Notes under the pieces: generated by a model | The model's database searches: none | What the model saw: the letters and a program-made list of their open reading frames with translations, nothing else | What the model was told of the DNA's origin: nothing | Made by a program: the position numbers and the translations under genes | In this document: one piece after another, positions 12,271 through 24,413 of the stretch | Layout: each line of letters opens with the position of its first letter | Numbering within the stretch: the first letter of the stretch is position 1 | Assembly (NCBI GenBank): GCA_002633005.1 | Contig: NMRA01000122.1 | Span: forward strand, 338,171 to 402,170 | Length of the DNA: 64,000 bases | Origin: Phoronis australis | Lineage: Eukaryota; Animalia; Phoronida | Reading direction: 5' to 3'

Positions 12271-15200
12271 ACGAATCATCAACACCAGCATACAAGCCCC
12301 TAGTGGTATAAATAACTACGTAATTTCAATACAAAAAAATTATCAAAAAAGTCTACTTCATTATTAGCATCTGATGGCATATATTTTTCAGCTGCCACCA
12401 AACATCATTTTCAAGAAGGCCCCCCATGGAAAGCAGTACAAACTGATGGGGCTGTAACCCTCATTGTAAATGTTACATTAAATAAATAAAATAAATAAAT
12501 AAATAAGAAAACTGTGGCAATGTACAATAAATCCTTTAAAAAATTGAAAAATGCCAGTTTCGCAAATTCTTTCTCTTCCCAATTGGAAAATTTTATGGTA
12601 ATTAAACCTCCACCAATGTCAAGTGTAGGAATTCAGATTTGTAATAACATTGTTTTGCTAAAATTTCACACTTTTAGGAGATAAGCGAAATTTTATTCTT
12701 ATCGATAAAATAACACTAAATTATTGCTTTAGTTTCAACTTCCATCATAAAATATTTTTGAAACGTTGCAGGCATCCATGACAATGTGAGAAGCCTTTTA
12801 AAATGTAAAAAGTGCAAATTTTGGCAATTTTTTCTAGCCCCAAGGTGATATTGTACCTTGTAGTGGAAGATAATTTGACTGTTATTTCCTTTTCGTCAAA
12901 ACGACATTGGTGGAATACCAAGCAGAGCTGAAGGTAGTACAACAGATTCAATATTTAGCAGTGCTGTACACTTGATTTTGCCAAACCACCTGACACATGG
13001 TCGACCTGGCAAACAAAACGCTAACCAAACTACATCAATGGCGTCAGTTACCTTGTGTAGTATTACGACCACACAAGGGAAGGTGAAAGGAAAGTTACAA
13101 AGGTGGAACTGTAAAAAAATGAGCTCACTGTTTGAAAGTCACTGTTGGGCACAATGGAAAAACCAGCAAGCTGTAAACAGAGGTGAACAGCTGTGCTATT
13201 GAACTATTCATGTTCAATCTAATATTCAATGTTTATGTTCCGGGAATATGTCCCAGAAGGAACTTGAATAAAAATGTATATATATCACAGTCACCTCTCT
13301 CCTCAGGTGTGCTGGTAGGTACAGGTGTCAAAATCAGTAAATGTATCCCAGGTAATAATTATATGAGGGCCACCACAAATATGTGTCAAGTCCATTAGCT
13401 GGCAAGGGGCCTGTTAGTACAGAGATGGAGACCAGCTGATGACCTGTGATTACTCCAGCCAGGTAAAGTGACATTCTGATGACATGATGTTCACACCTTA
13501 TGAACACCATTGTACCCCTATTAGACTGAACAATGCCCCTGGCTTGAATGGACCACAGCTAATCACATGTATTATGGTTTGTGGGCCTTTCTTCCACCAG
13601 CATTGAAAACTGCTCTAGCTAATCCAGATAAATCAGAGATAGTCATCAGGGAGTTGCACTGCCCACCCAGAGCACTGAATGGTGGCTGTATTGGCTGGGA
13701 CAATTTCTCCTCTATAATGACTGTATTACTAATGCCTCCAGCAGCAGACTATTATTATGATAAACCTCAGTACAACACAAAATAACCCATACAAGCAATC
13801 ACAAGCCAAAACCACAGACACCCACCAACATGACAAACCAAAATCACAGACCCAAAAGGTCCTTCCATGTTTGTTTGTTTGGGGGAACACTGATCAATGG
13901 TGAAGTTTTCATTCGATCATCAGCATATAATTTGATCATTGTATTGAAGTTAAAACCACAAGTTCACATCAAAGTAAATAGTTGGATTTAACTGCGAAGT
14001 GTCAACCAACGCTTCGCTACAACAAGACCACTTTACCTCAAAGTGATTGGTAGATAACGCTATCAACAATGACATGTGTAGTGCTAAAGATTTGAAAATA
14101 TTTTGTTCAACCATTCATCTTCCTACTCCTAAAACATTCCATTTCCGTTTTCTCTGAAAATGTGCTTGACTCCTCATACATTAAAACCTAACCAATTTCA
14201 GTCAAAACTAATTGTCAAAGTTCCCCACTTTTCATTTTACAAAGCTTTTTTACTTTATTGTGACTGGCCATAACTAACTGGAGATCTAGTTTGTGGAGTA
14301 AAACTTAAACTGGCACAGTACTGACGGAAAGATTAAATTTCACCTATCTTCAGAGTAAATGAGATTTTACACACCTATTTAAAACTTACGCAATCTCAAA
14401 ACTTCTATCTCTATACAGCACTGCTACCTTGCCCTAAGTTTACTGATCCTGAACATCACTTGCCAACTATAACTTTGATGTTGGTTGATTACTACAAGCT
14501 AAAGAGAAGCGTTCAAGTTAACTTTGATGTTTTCACAGATACACCTCTAGTGTGGGTGTAACACAGTGCAAAAACCCCTAAGACCACAGACACACACCAA
14601 TTTGACCAATGTGAAGCACAATAGTTTAAATCTGTCCTGATGCCACAAGCCATAGCATTACTGACCTGCATCAGTTAAGAAAGTGATAACCAACAACTAG
14701 TTAATAAAATAACAAGAACAGTCGAGTAGACAATAATGACGGAACAGGTCTAGATACACTTCGCTTTTTAAAAGTTTTCATTATATTGAATATTGATTTT
14801 GCCAACACTTATAAATGAATGTGACAAAGCAAACTATAGTTTTTCTGCTTAGACACATAACAAATGCCCTTGGCAACACATTCTCAGCCGCATTACCACT
14901 GAAATGCAGATTTGCAAGATTACATAATAATCCAACATTGTTTACAAACAAAGCAAACTAACAGTGGGATACTACAAATAAGGTGGTCTGTACCTCCCAA
15001 GAACTTAGAGACTAGAGTGCCCAAACTGCCGCATGGGTCTGGGGATGAGGGGGACTCCCTGAAGGACCACCACCAGGTAGACAAATCATCACATGGGACA
15101 GTCAGAGGTGCAAAGTGGGTGGCAAAGCTGGTATGATGATTAAACAGTTTAACAGAAATATCAATGTGAATGACAGCAGGTCACAATAGCATGACTGTGG

Positions 15201-17281
15201 CCAGGTAATGACAGGTAAAGATGTAACACTATAAATCATATAGTTGTAATGTAGGTGAGGTAATGAGAGCCCCCAGGGCCCAGACTCTACCACATCATTA
15301 GGACATAAACCACTAATGAGTCACTCATCATGACTCGAAAATTACATGTGATGACAAGGGTAGGTTATGTAGTAACCTAGAAAAATGTCCAAGTTTGGCT
15401 AACTTTGGAACATTGTTATCTCAGAAATGACTAGTCAGAAAAACATGAAACTTTCAGACACCACGCTTCATGCACTGTTATACGAAACAATGTGATGATT
15501 TGTTTTTGAAATGTTCACCTTTTACACGAAGGGCTATCAAAAATAGGACTTTTATGATTTTCACGAAAAGCTAAAAAGTTGCATAAAACAAGAATGACAC
15601 ATGACTATTTAGAAAACTTTGATAGCATTTAAGAGATTTCATCATGAACATTTACTGGTATATCAAATGAAATTTGATCAGGCTATTTGTACGGTCGTTT
15701 TACAATAAATGTGCCTTTCTTTTTGCTAACTTTTTACTAAAAAGACATGGTCACATGGCCCAATCAATGGTAGAATGGCTAAATGTCAAAAATCAAATTC
15801 TACAGGCTTTCTACTTTCAGAAAATATATAAAGTTAACTGACATAAAATCCATAGTTTTGCAGATATTTGACTAAAAACACAGACTAATGTTGATAAGGC
15901 CCTACACAACTTTAAAGCCCAATGCAATACTATCGTTGCATGATGGTTCTGGTAGGGGTAGAACCCTTCACTTGGATTCCTTACAATGGAGTGTCCCATG
16001 GACCAGAAGGAGTTGACTGATTTCTTCAATGGAAAAAAGATTCACTGCTGCTGACTCGATTTTTACAGTCTGACCTTTGCGATTTCATCTTGATGCAATA
16101 AACACTGCGTGGGACTATTACGGATAGGAAAAGGTGTGGTTACCATAATAGTTGAACAACAAATGTAGGTGGCAATCTTGTAACAGGAATTTTGGCAAGT
16201 GAGCAATCTAAGGCCTGAAGCAGCAAAGATATTTTGTATCTTATTCCAAGCCTTAAACTTCCAAGAATGGAAACGCCAAATGTCACTCTTCAATAATGAA
16301 TAAACGGTTGCCCAAACTACCAGGGCAGAAAGTATTCTTCATAATGTAGTAGAAAAAAATATAGACACTGAATAACCTACATGTTGAAGAAGTTATAATT
16401 AATTGTTAGCATGGCTCCGTTTTTCTCATTTTTCTTTAACTGTTTATTTCACCTTAAGAATAATACAAGAAGTTACGCATGGCTCCTCAATATCAAATAT
16501 CAAATATCAAAAATAAGTCAGCCCCCTTGGAGACTTAAAGTAATTTGTATGTCCAAAAGTTCTTAAGAAAAGATTCATCTGCTGCTCAGCCACTTCGTGT
16601 AATAACAGCTACAAGTTGCTTCTAGTATTTCTCTGAAAAGTACTTTCGAGTGATAACCCATAAAGACGACCGCAGGTTGGCGTATACTCCGTGGTGGTCT
16701 AGACCAGGTAGTACATACCTAACCAGGTTATCAGAAAGTAAGAAGTGACCTGCTGGACAAGTAGTTAACATGGGCCACAAGAGGCAGACAAGATTGTTAA
16801 GATAATGATATCACCCAGGCAAGCATGACTTAACAATAGGATAATCCGCATTAGATTATGCTGCTCAAAATTGGCAAGAGTTTGCTGGTGCTGGTAGGGA
16901 GACAACTCCATGAATGTCACAACACTTTCCTATGGGTTACTGTTAGTCAGACAATTTCTGATAGAACACGTATAAAACAGACGGGCATACTGTTGAAGTT
17001 AGCGGTGAAAAATAGGTAGAATTAGCATCAGAACATGCATGTGCAAAACAAAACGCAGAGTTAATATTTCATAATGCTGAAAAGAACCGCTGACCGCACG
17101 AAAAATTGTAAATGTAATTTTAGCACTGTTTACACTGTGCACATGCATAAAATATGCACTTAATGTATCAATCAAAATACACTTTAGCAGACAATACGAT
17201 ATCAAAAGCAATAAAAACATGCCTAAGGAGACATTAAAAAATACGATGACAGTGATGAGAAGTGTCTGTTAGGATTTGTGT

Positions 17282-17456
17282 TGTCTGATGGACTATGTGA
17301 CCAAGGTGTCTGATGGACTATGTGACCAAGGTGTCTGATGGACTATGTGACCAAGGTGTCCGATGGACTATGTGACCAAGGTGTCCGATGGACTATGTGA
17401 CCAAGGTGTCTGATGAACTATGTGACCAAGGTGTCTGATGGACTATGTGACCAAGG
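17282..17456. repeat. 25-bp minisatellite, 7 copies
   Basis: TGTCTGATGGACTATGTGACCAAGG, head-to-tail with no spacers. Confidence 0.95.
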
Positions 17457-19217
17457 TATCTGTATAACATTTCATTTACAGTACATTTACCACTAACTGA
17501 TATATATAACATCCAGTCAATGAAAAACTGCAAACTCACATATAAGGAGAATGCAGGGATACCTTTATTCCTTTTTCAAAAGTACACCGTACCTCCATAG
17601 TGAGTAACGAAGTTTTTGCCCTACTGAACTTCCTCTACTGCTAACAGTGAACCAGGAACTCTAAATAGCTGACTGAATACAGCAGTTACCTACAAGTTCT
17701 CATTCTCACGTCTTAAAAACTTCCTTGGATCAAAGTCCTTGGCAATTAAGACCTGGTATGACAATAAGACTTGAGATAACCTTGAAGCTACAGGTTGTGG
17801 CAATATGATGCCATCCCTGTATTCAACATCAATGTTTATCGTTTGTATGAAAAACGGTAATTACAACCCATAATGTGGTTTTGAAAACTAACAATAACAA
17901 AGTGACGAACCCATTATGTTAAGATACTTGCACTGGATTCAGTGGTCTTGTGCCTCACTGGGCAACAATCTTATCTCCACACGCTGAAGATGGGTTAATC
18001 TGGATGTGTATGTTGCCACAGAGTATCTGTAATGGTGATTTTGTCGGATTTTCTTCGTTCATCCCACTCAGTACACTCGCTGAGTCAATAATCCTTTTGT
18101 TAATCGGGGAAATCGTAGGTGTTTGTCCGAGAAGAGAACGGATTATTAGCATCACATGGACCTTGGAATATTGAGTTAGGAGGGGATTAGAACAAGACAC
18201 TGCTTGATATCTCCATGTTGATGCTTTCTGTCTCCATTGGATCTAGTCTTGGTTCAAATGTTTATGTTTGGTAGAACTAACTCATCTTTAATCACAGTCA
18301 GACTGATAATCTAATGATAAGAGTGATGAGCCAATTTTACTTTAATTAAGTTATGGGCAGATAAGCAAGCAACCAAGAGTAACCAAAGAGGGAGCCACTA
18401 GTTCCTGCACTGTTATGTTGGTTGTCGTTCTCAGCCGTGAGTATACCAGGAATACCGACACATTTTTTCTTCTCTATTGCAACTTCAAAGCAAGAGTTCA
18501 AATGAGATAGATCATACGGCTTCACTGGACTGCAGCGGCATTTCAGACAATCAATGAACTCGGAGCTGTTACAGTCAATCTGAGGTCATACGAACGACAA
18601 AGTGGTGGTGAACTATTGTGTCCGTTCTACTAAATGCCCACCTCTATCCTTGAATCATTTTCACTTCCCATATGTGTAACACCCACCTTTGGTTTCATTA
18701 GTTTCTATGTTAATGCTAACAGATACAGTAAATGTAACAAAATATCACCAATAATGGACACAATATGAACAATGAATTAACTTTTTTCTTTTAAGTCATA
18801 TTTCATAACTTAGCTACCATCAGACAATGTATTGAGAAACTATGGAGATTCATAGAAATGTCGCTCGTTTTTTAAAAATGTAAAAAAGACCTATTTTGGA
18901 AATAATTTTTGTCTGAATCGTGGAGATTATGCTCTTGTTTACTTCACAGATATCACTTTTTAGCTTAATTCAACATTACATGAGGTTCCTACATCAACAC
19001 TTTGTAGTCACGTGAAATTTTCAACCCATGCTTTTGCAGTCGGCTTTCAAAAAGTGTGTGTTCCAAAAAGTGTGTGTTCCAAAACTTTCACAATCATCCC
19101 ATTATGGCGTAAGCAATGTTTATTTTGAAATAGGTTTGATGACCTGCTGAACCAACATAATTTATTGAAGTAAATGTTACCATAATCAATAGGAGACCAA
19201 AAAAGACAAAATATTTT

Positions 19218-19830
19218 AACAAGAGCAGCACATTAAGCATAGAAATGCATTCACAACTGCACCACACACAGTATGTTTCTAGGGTTGTTTATTAGTATCG
19301 TAAAAATGGCCACTAGATGGCACAGAATACATCGAGCATGTTTGAAACTAGAAACATATCTGATTAATTTCATGAAAATCTGTCACGGAATCCCGAAAAT
19401 ACAAAGGCAAAGGTAAAATAATAAAACTATCACCAGAAGGTACAGTGTTAATTGCATACTCCCAAAAAAACATAGTCATTTGTTGTCATACTGATGTCAC
19501 ACTGTTGTCACACTGTTGTCACACTGTTGTCACAATGGTGTCACACTGTTGTCACACTGTTGTCACACTTTTGTCACACTGTTGTCACACTGTTGTCACA
19601 CTGTTGTCACACTGTTGTCACACTGTTGTCACACTGTTGTCACAATGGTGTCACACTGTTGTCACACTGTTGTCACACTGTTACACTGTTGTCACATGGA
19701 AAAACACCTGACAAATTTCATGACGATCCTGCATTAGTCGTTAAGGGGATTCTGCAGAGGACGTCACCCGTCACATGCCAGAAACAGAGGACGTGGACAG
19801 ATCACAGGTTCTTCAGTGAATACAAGTGAA
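19218..19830. mobile_element. Second HINE-like element, containing an internal minisatellite
   Basis: Starts AACAAGAG. Shares CCACTAG..GGCACAG, ATTTCATGAAAATC and AACAC(A/C)TG(C/A)CAAAT.TCAT...GATCCT with 11600-12270. Confidence 0.55.
19481..19696. repeat. 11-bp minisatellite (TGTTGTCACAC)n, about 19-20 copies
   Basis: Directly visible. It explains the repetitive SHCCHTVVTLL ORFs. Confidence 0.95.
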
Positions 19831-20595
19831 ATATGCAACTTCTTGTCATCACTGAGGAAGAACCAGCCAGGGGCTATGATTTCAAAAATAGAGCATCCAA
19901 AATTTGTTTACCAATTTCTCAGGGCATGACTGTTTCTATGGTCCCTAGTCAAAACAGTAGTCGGAAGGCCCTTTCATACCGACGTCGACGCGTCAATGTT
20001 TTGGGGGAGTTGCAGTGTCAGTATGAACGGTTAACTTCTGTGCTGCCAGTTACAGTGCCAGTTAAATTTCGAAGTACACATGTGGATTTAACACACTGAG
20101 GTGCAGTATGAACGGTCAACTTCAGTTCCATCAAAGTTATCGCCAGGTGCCACTGTTATCGTCAACAATTAAAGGGCAGTGCCATCGCCAATAGTTGCTT
20201 ATTTTGCTCGAATAATCACCAAACAAATTAAAATGAGTTTTATGTCAATGGGCCACATGTAAATGTTTCCAAATTGTCACATTAAGAAAAACCTTACGAT
20301 TACTTCAATGACAGCAGCGTCACCTACCATTTCCTTCGATGTTCGTTAACTACCGAAGGCGCTATGACCAGTTTAGTTAACTTTGCAGTTGACTTGGACG
20401 CTCCGCTCAGATCAGAGTTAGTTAGGATGAAAAGGACTATAGTACAGTAAGTTACTTAGGAGATATGGGCAATAAAGTTTGACATTTCTTCCATGCTATA
20501 ACTATATTAACTAACTTTTTTATTCTGGACAGACCAATGAGCCCCCAGTCAGCTCATGTTAGTAAGTTAAGAGAAACTAATGCTTGCTTATCTTG

Positions 20596-20997
20596 AGTCC
20601 CGTATAGACATCAACTTTTGGCCCGGTGCAACTGACACGGAGCAAATTGATCATGTCAAGCGGCTGTTTACACACACAACTCACTAACTGTGGCAAGACG
20701 GAAGTTGTAGACTAAGAGAGTGTAACGCACAAGCGCAGGTTCATAAATGGCAGGACTTGCAGAGACAGAGAGCCCAGTATGTAGAGATGATCCCATCCGC
20801 CTTGTCCCAGTTTCACGTTTAGATATATAATTGACACGGAGCAAGATGGTCGAGCACAAATTGTTCTACCTCAAAAGTTGTCAGCGCGGTGTCAATTTGC
20901 TCCAGGTCAGTCCTGGGGGTTTACACACATACTTGCGCTAGAACATCTCGTTCCATGTCAGCTGATCGGTGTCAACTTTTGTAGTGTAAACGGCACT
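20596..20997. mobile_element. MITE of about 400 bp with imperfect TIRs of about 50 bp (PIF/Harbinger-like)
   Basis: Left end AGTCCCGTATAGAC...AACTGACACGGAGCAAATTG matches the reverse complement of the right end, AGTGCCGTTTACAC...AGCTGACATGGAACGAGATG. TGACACGGAGCAA is repeated internally. Confidence 0.65.
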
Positions 20998-22706
20998 TTG
21001 GTCTTCAAAAATAGTAGGGTCAGGGTGACGATTTGGACCACACTAAATGAAGGTCTGAGAAGAACCCGCGATAGATTTGAGAGCGTTGATTTTCAAACAT
21101 TTTGGCTCTTTTTTGGGTCCTATTGATTGTATATAAAATCAGTAGTCTCCTTAATGGCACCGTACTACCAACACGATAAAGGTCTCTATTATTCACACTC
21201 ACCCAGGTGTTAAAGCACTGCATGAGTTGTGTGTCTCACTGAATACCCATGACATCATGGAAAGATGCTTCTCTTTATGGCCCACAAGTCACTGTTCATT
21301 GACCTTCCTCATAGAATGTTACATAAGATACCAGAGGTCTCACACATTTTTAGCCACTCAAGCTGGGGATCAAATTATCATTAGACTGGATATTAGGCAG
21401 ATCCTTGTCTGGACAACTAAAGGGGGGGGGGGGTCATTCAGAAGAATTGTCAGTCAGAAGGCCAAAATTCACGATGAGAAACGCGGCTTCGGGACTTAAT
21501 GGACACAGGGCCCACCATTGGGACTCCACTCTGAGGAATCCAAACATTGCAAAAACAGCTCAAGTGCCATAGTAACACTAACCACAAAACATGGAGCTCT
21601 GAAAAACAGTGGAATTTGTCTTGAAACACTGATAGAGGAGCAATATTTGTTATTTATAGGCTGGCCAAGTTACGTAATTAGGCCAGTACCTCACCACAAG
21701 GGTAAAATGGCATAAACAGGTTCACTCCTGGTGCAGCCAGGCTCTGAACATTCCCACACTCCCTGTGTTTACATCAGAAAATTATGACAGAGTCACAAAT
21801 CTTTTCTGATGGTAACAGCACACAGATTATTGGAACTGGTTTTAACAAGCATGGTTTTACAAAAACCCACCCAAAAACGGCAGATACAACTATGGACACT
21901 TACTGACAATTGGCCTCAAACTGTCATTAAATTTTGTATTTTTTATAAAGAATTTTTCACAGACATTCAACAAATGCCTAACGCGAAGTCTAAAGTTCAA
22001 AAGGCAGTCTACCCAATAACAGCACAAATATTTCAAAAATTTTCAAAAATTGTAAACTTGAGATATCAATTTCAGTGAAGTCAAGACAGAAGGCAGACTT
22101 ACAGTGTTGAATGTAACCAACACAAAAAACAAACTGAAACCCCTGAAGTTAAATTTCAGCTACAATTATTATTCATTATTCAACTATTCATTGAAAAAAT
22201 CTACTTTAATGGCATAAATGTATTGCACTCTAAGTAAAGACGTAGCCATTCTCTCCGTCAATTGAGACTAATCTATCATCAGCTTGCAAACGTCTTAATA
22301 AAGCCAGACAGAAAAGAATCTAATGAATTCATTGCCAACCCAGATCTCATTGTAGTATTCCTAAAAAAATGGGCAAGCTTTGTAAAATCGTTTTCCAGTA
22401 ATCACCTATGGTGGTCCATGACAAAACCACAAAAATCCAAAGGATTTAGTGGACGCTCAAATTTTACAATATGGCAGAAAGGTGAAATGTCACTTTTTCA
22501 TAAGATGCATATTACCAAAATCATGCTTTGCCAAGTTCTGCACCAACTAAAAGGCCTAATTCAATTTTCGTTCATGCTGTGAATAATTCGCTTACAAGGA
22601 AAACACGCATTTCTAAAGATATGCAAGAGTTTTCACCGCTGCTCGCTCAACTTTTTTCTGAGCGACTTTCAAGGGGGTCAAAGTGAGCATGGTACCAGAG
22701 TTGAAT

Positions 22707-22754
22707 GCAGTGGTGATGACCGCAGTGGTGATGACCGCAGTGGTGATGACCGCA
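22707..22754. repeat. 15-bp tandem repeat, 3 copies
   Basis: GCAGTGGTGATGACC three times. Confidence 0.9.
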
Positions 22755-24328
22755 TTGTCCAGTGCGAGCAAGACCCAATTAAGTGTAATTACCCGGCCAT
22801 AAACTACTAAACATCTCTGCCTGTACATAATGGCAAATTTTAAATGCATTAACCAAAAAGTTTCATAAAAAATTAACACTTTTAATATTCAATTAAAAAA
22901 TAAACGGAGACCAAATTAGATGTCAGTAACTTTTGAGACCACACTTATCGCCCAGTCGTGTAGAACTACTTTATTCCAAGAGTAGCATGCTAACCGGAAA
23001 ACTTTGATATTCAGTAATCAGCTGGCAATAATACATGTGTTGTGAAGACTTGGCAGTATAAGCATTCTGTTTGAATTTATCCACATATTTGCTGGATTCT
23101 TTGCATTAAAAAAATCACTGAAAGTAGTGCACGCAAAACGAGTTCCCGCCACGTCGTACCGCCTCTGTTTGGATCAGCTGTTAGCCTGCTCAAGAGTCAA
23201 ATTTTTTAATATGTCGTCAACTGCTTAACACCGTCAACTGTTGGCTGCCTTGTGAAGTTGCCGTTCTAGTTTCCATCTGGGGAGAGAGAGAGTTCCTTGC
23301 CATTTTTGATGACAAGCACTGTCAAAAATGCAAGGCCATATGACCAAAGGTCATATTCAGCTCCACCTTGCGATAAATTCGCTGAACTATAATTCTAAAG
23401 CTAATGGGACACTGACACTTAACTTCACGGTTAACCACAGTTAACATCGAACCTTCGATAGTGGCGAAGTTAACTGCATGGGTAACGAACGGCCTTGAGG
23501 GCAAATGGAACCTCAGCTGTGACCACTGTAAATTCTCCACGTTTTATTCAGCTAAACAGGGCGAAATGCAATTTTAAGTATTAGCATATTTGCAATATAT
23601 AGCGAGCAAAACGCGACACGTGATGAACTAAAGCATCGGCAACAAAAAACAGAAATTCCAGAAATTATTTTTGTCCAAAAACAAGAAACTGGGTTCAAGA
23701 ACAGGGGAATAGGCTACCTTTGTATAGTATATTGGACATCTTCAGAGGATTGAACATCCAATATATTAACAGTGACATGATGAGATTTTAATTAAAACCA
23801 GTTTGATACATGGCCAATAAGCCAAGAAGGACATAACCATCTAACAGTGGGGAGGGGTAGATGGCCTTTGGTGGGGCCTGGTTTGTTTGCACTCATCATA
23901 GGACAGGGTGTGTGAAATGGGTGTTGTATTTCAATGATCAAAGGATTTATTGTCTGCCTGTTGCAGCCTTTCAATGATGATGAGATTTCAAGCACATGTC
24001 TGCCAAACACCCTAAAAGGGGTTAAGCTCTCTCATGGGGTCCCATTAGTCCTGCCTGCTTGTGCAAGAGGAAGGAATGAATTGTCGGCATTTTTGTAGAG
24101 TCCCCGCAGGGGGTTAATAGGCTGATGAGAGCCATGTCAGTCAAAGCTCATTAAGCTTGTCTGTGTAATGGCAGTTTAATTAACAGCTGTTATCAGTGGG
24201 TTATATGCTACAACCAAAGTATGCAACCACTTGTAATTATGCAACTCCATGGTTACAACATGAACAGTGGTGAGTCTGGGTCTAGAGCCTAATTTCTGAA
24301 TTTAGACTCAACTCATGGACTCAGGCTC

Positions 24329-24413
24329 TCAAAAGTAACCAATCACGATGCATAATTAGAGAACAAATTTGTAAATTAACCCAACGTGTGCCGTGCGATT
24401 GGTCAATTTTTGA
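24329..24413. mobile_element. Palindromic MITE remnant with inverted CCAAT arms
   Basis: TCAAAAGTAACCAATCAC ... GCGATTGGTCAATTTTTGA; similar core to 53027-53167. Confidence 0.45.

Noticed and set aside
15205-15224. CAGGTAAAGATGT resembling the 3' half of miR-8/200
   Set aside because: The seed (AATACTG) is absent and no hairpin arm is visible. My search for conserved miRNAs was by eye and not exhaustive.
17282-17456. 25-bp repeats as a CRISPR array
   Set aside because: Units are directly head-to-tail with no unique spacers, there are no cas genes, and the context is a eukaryotic intron.
17950-18260. Nested gene from overlapping 74- and 81-aa ORFs, with HGDIK in another frame
   Set aside because: No domain similarity, no convincing splice sites, and the HGDIK frame stops after a few codons.
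19445-19829. Cys/His-rich ORFs (SHCCHTVVTLL) as metal-binding proteins
   Set aside because: They are an artefact of an 11-bp minisatellite that is open in all three frames.
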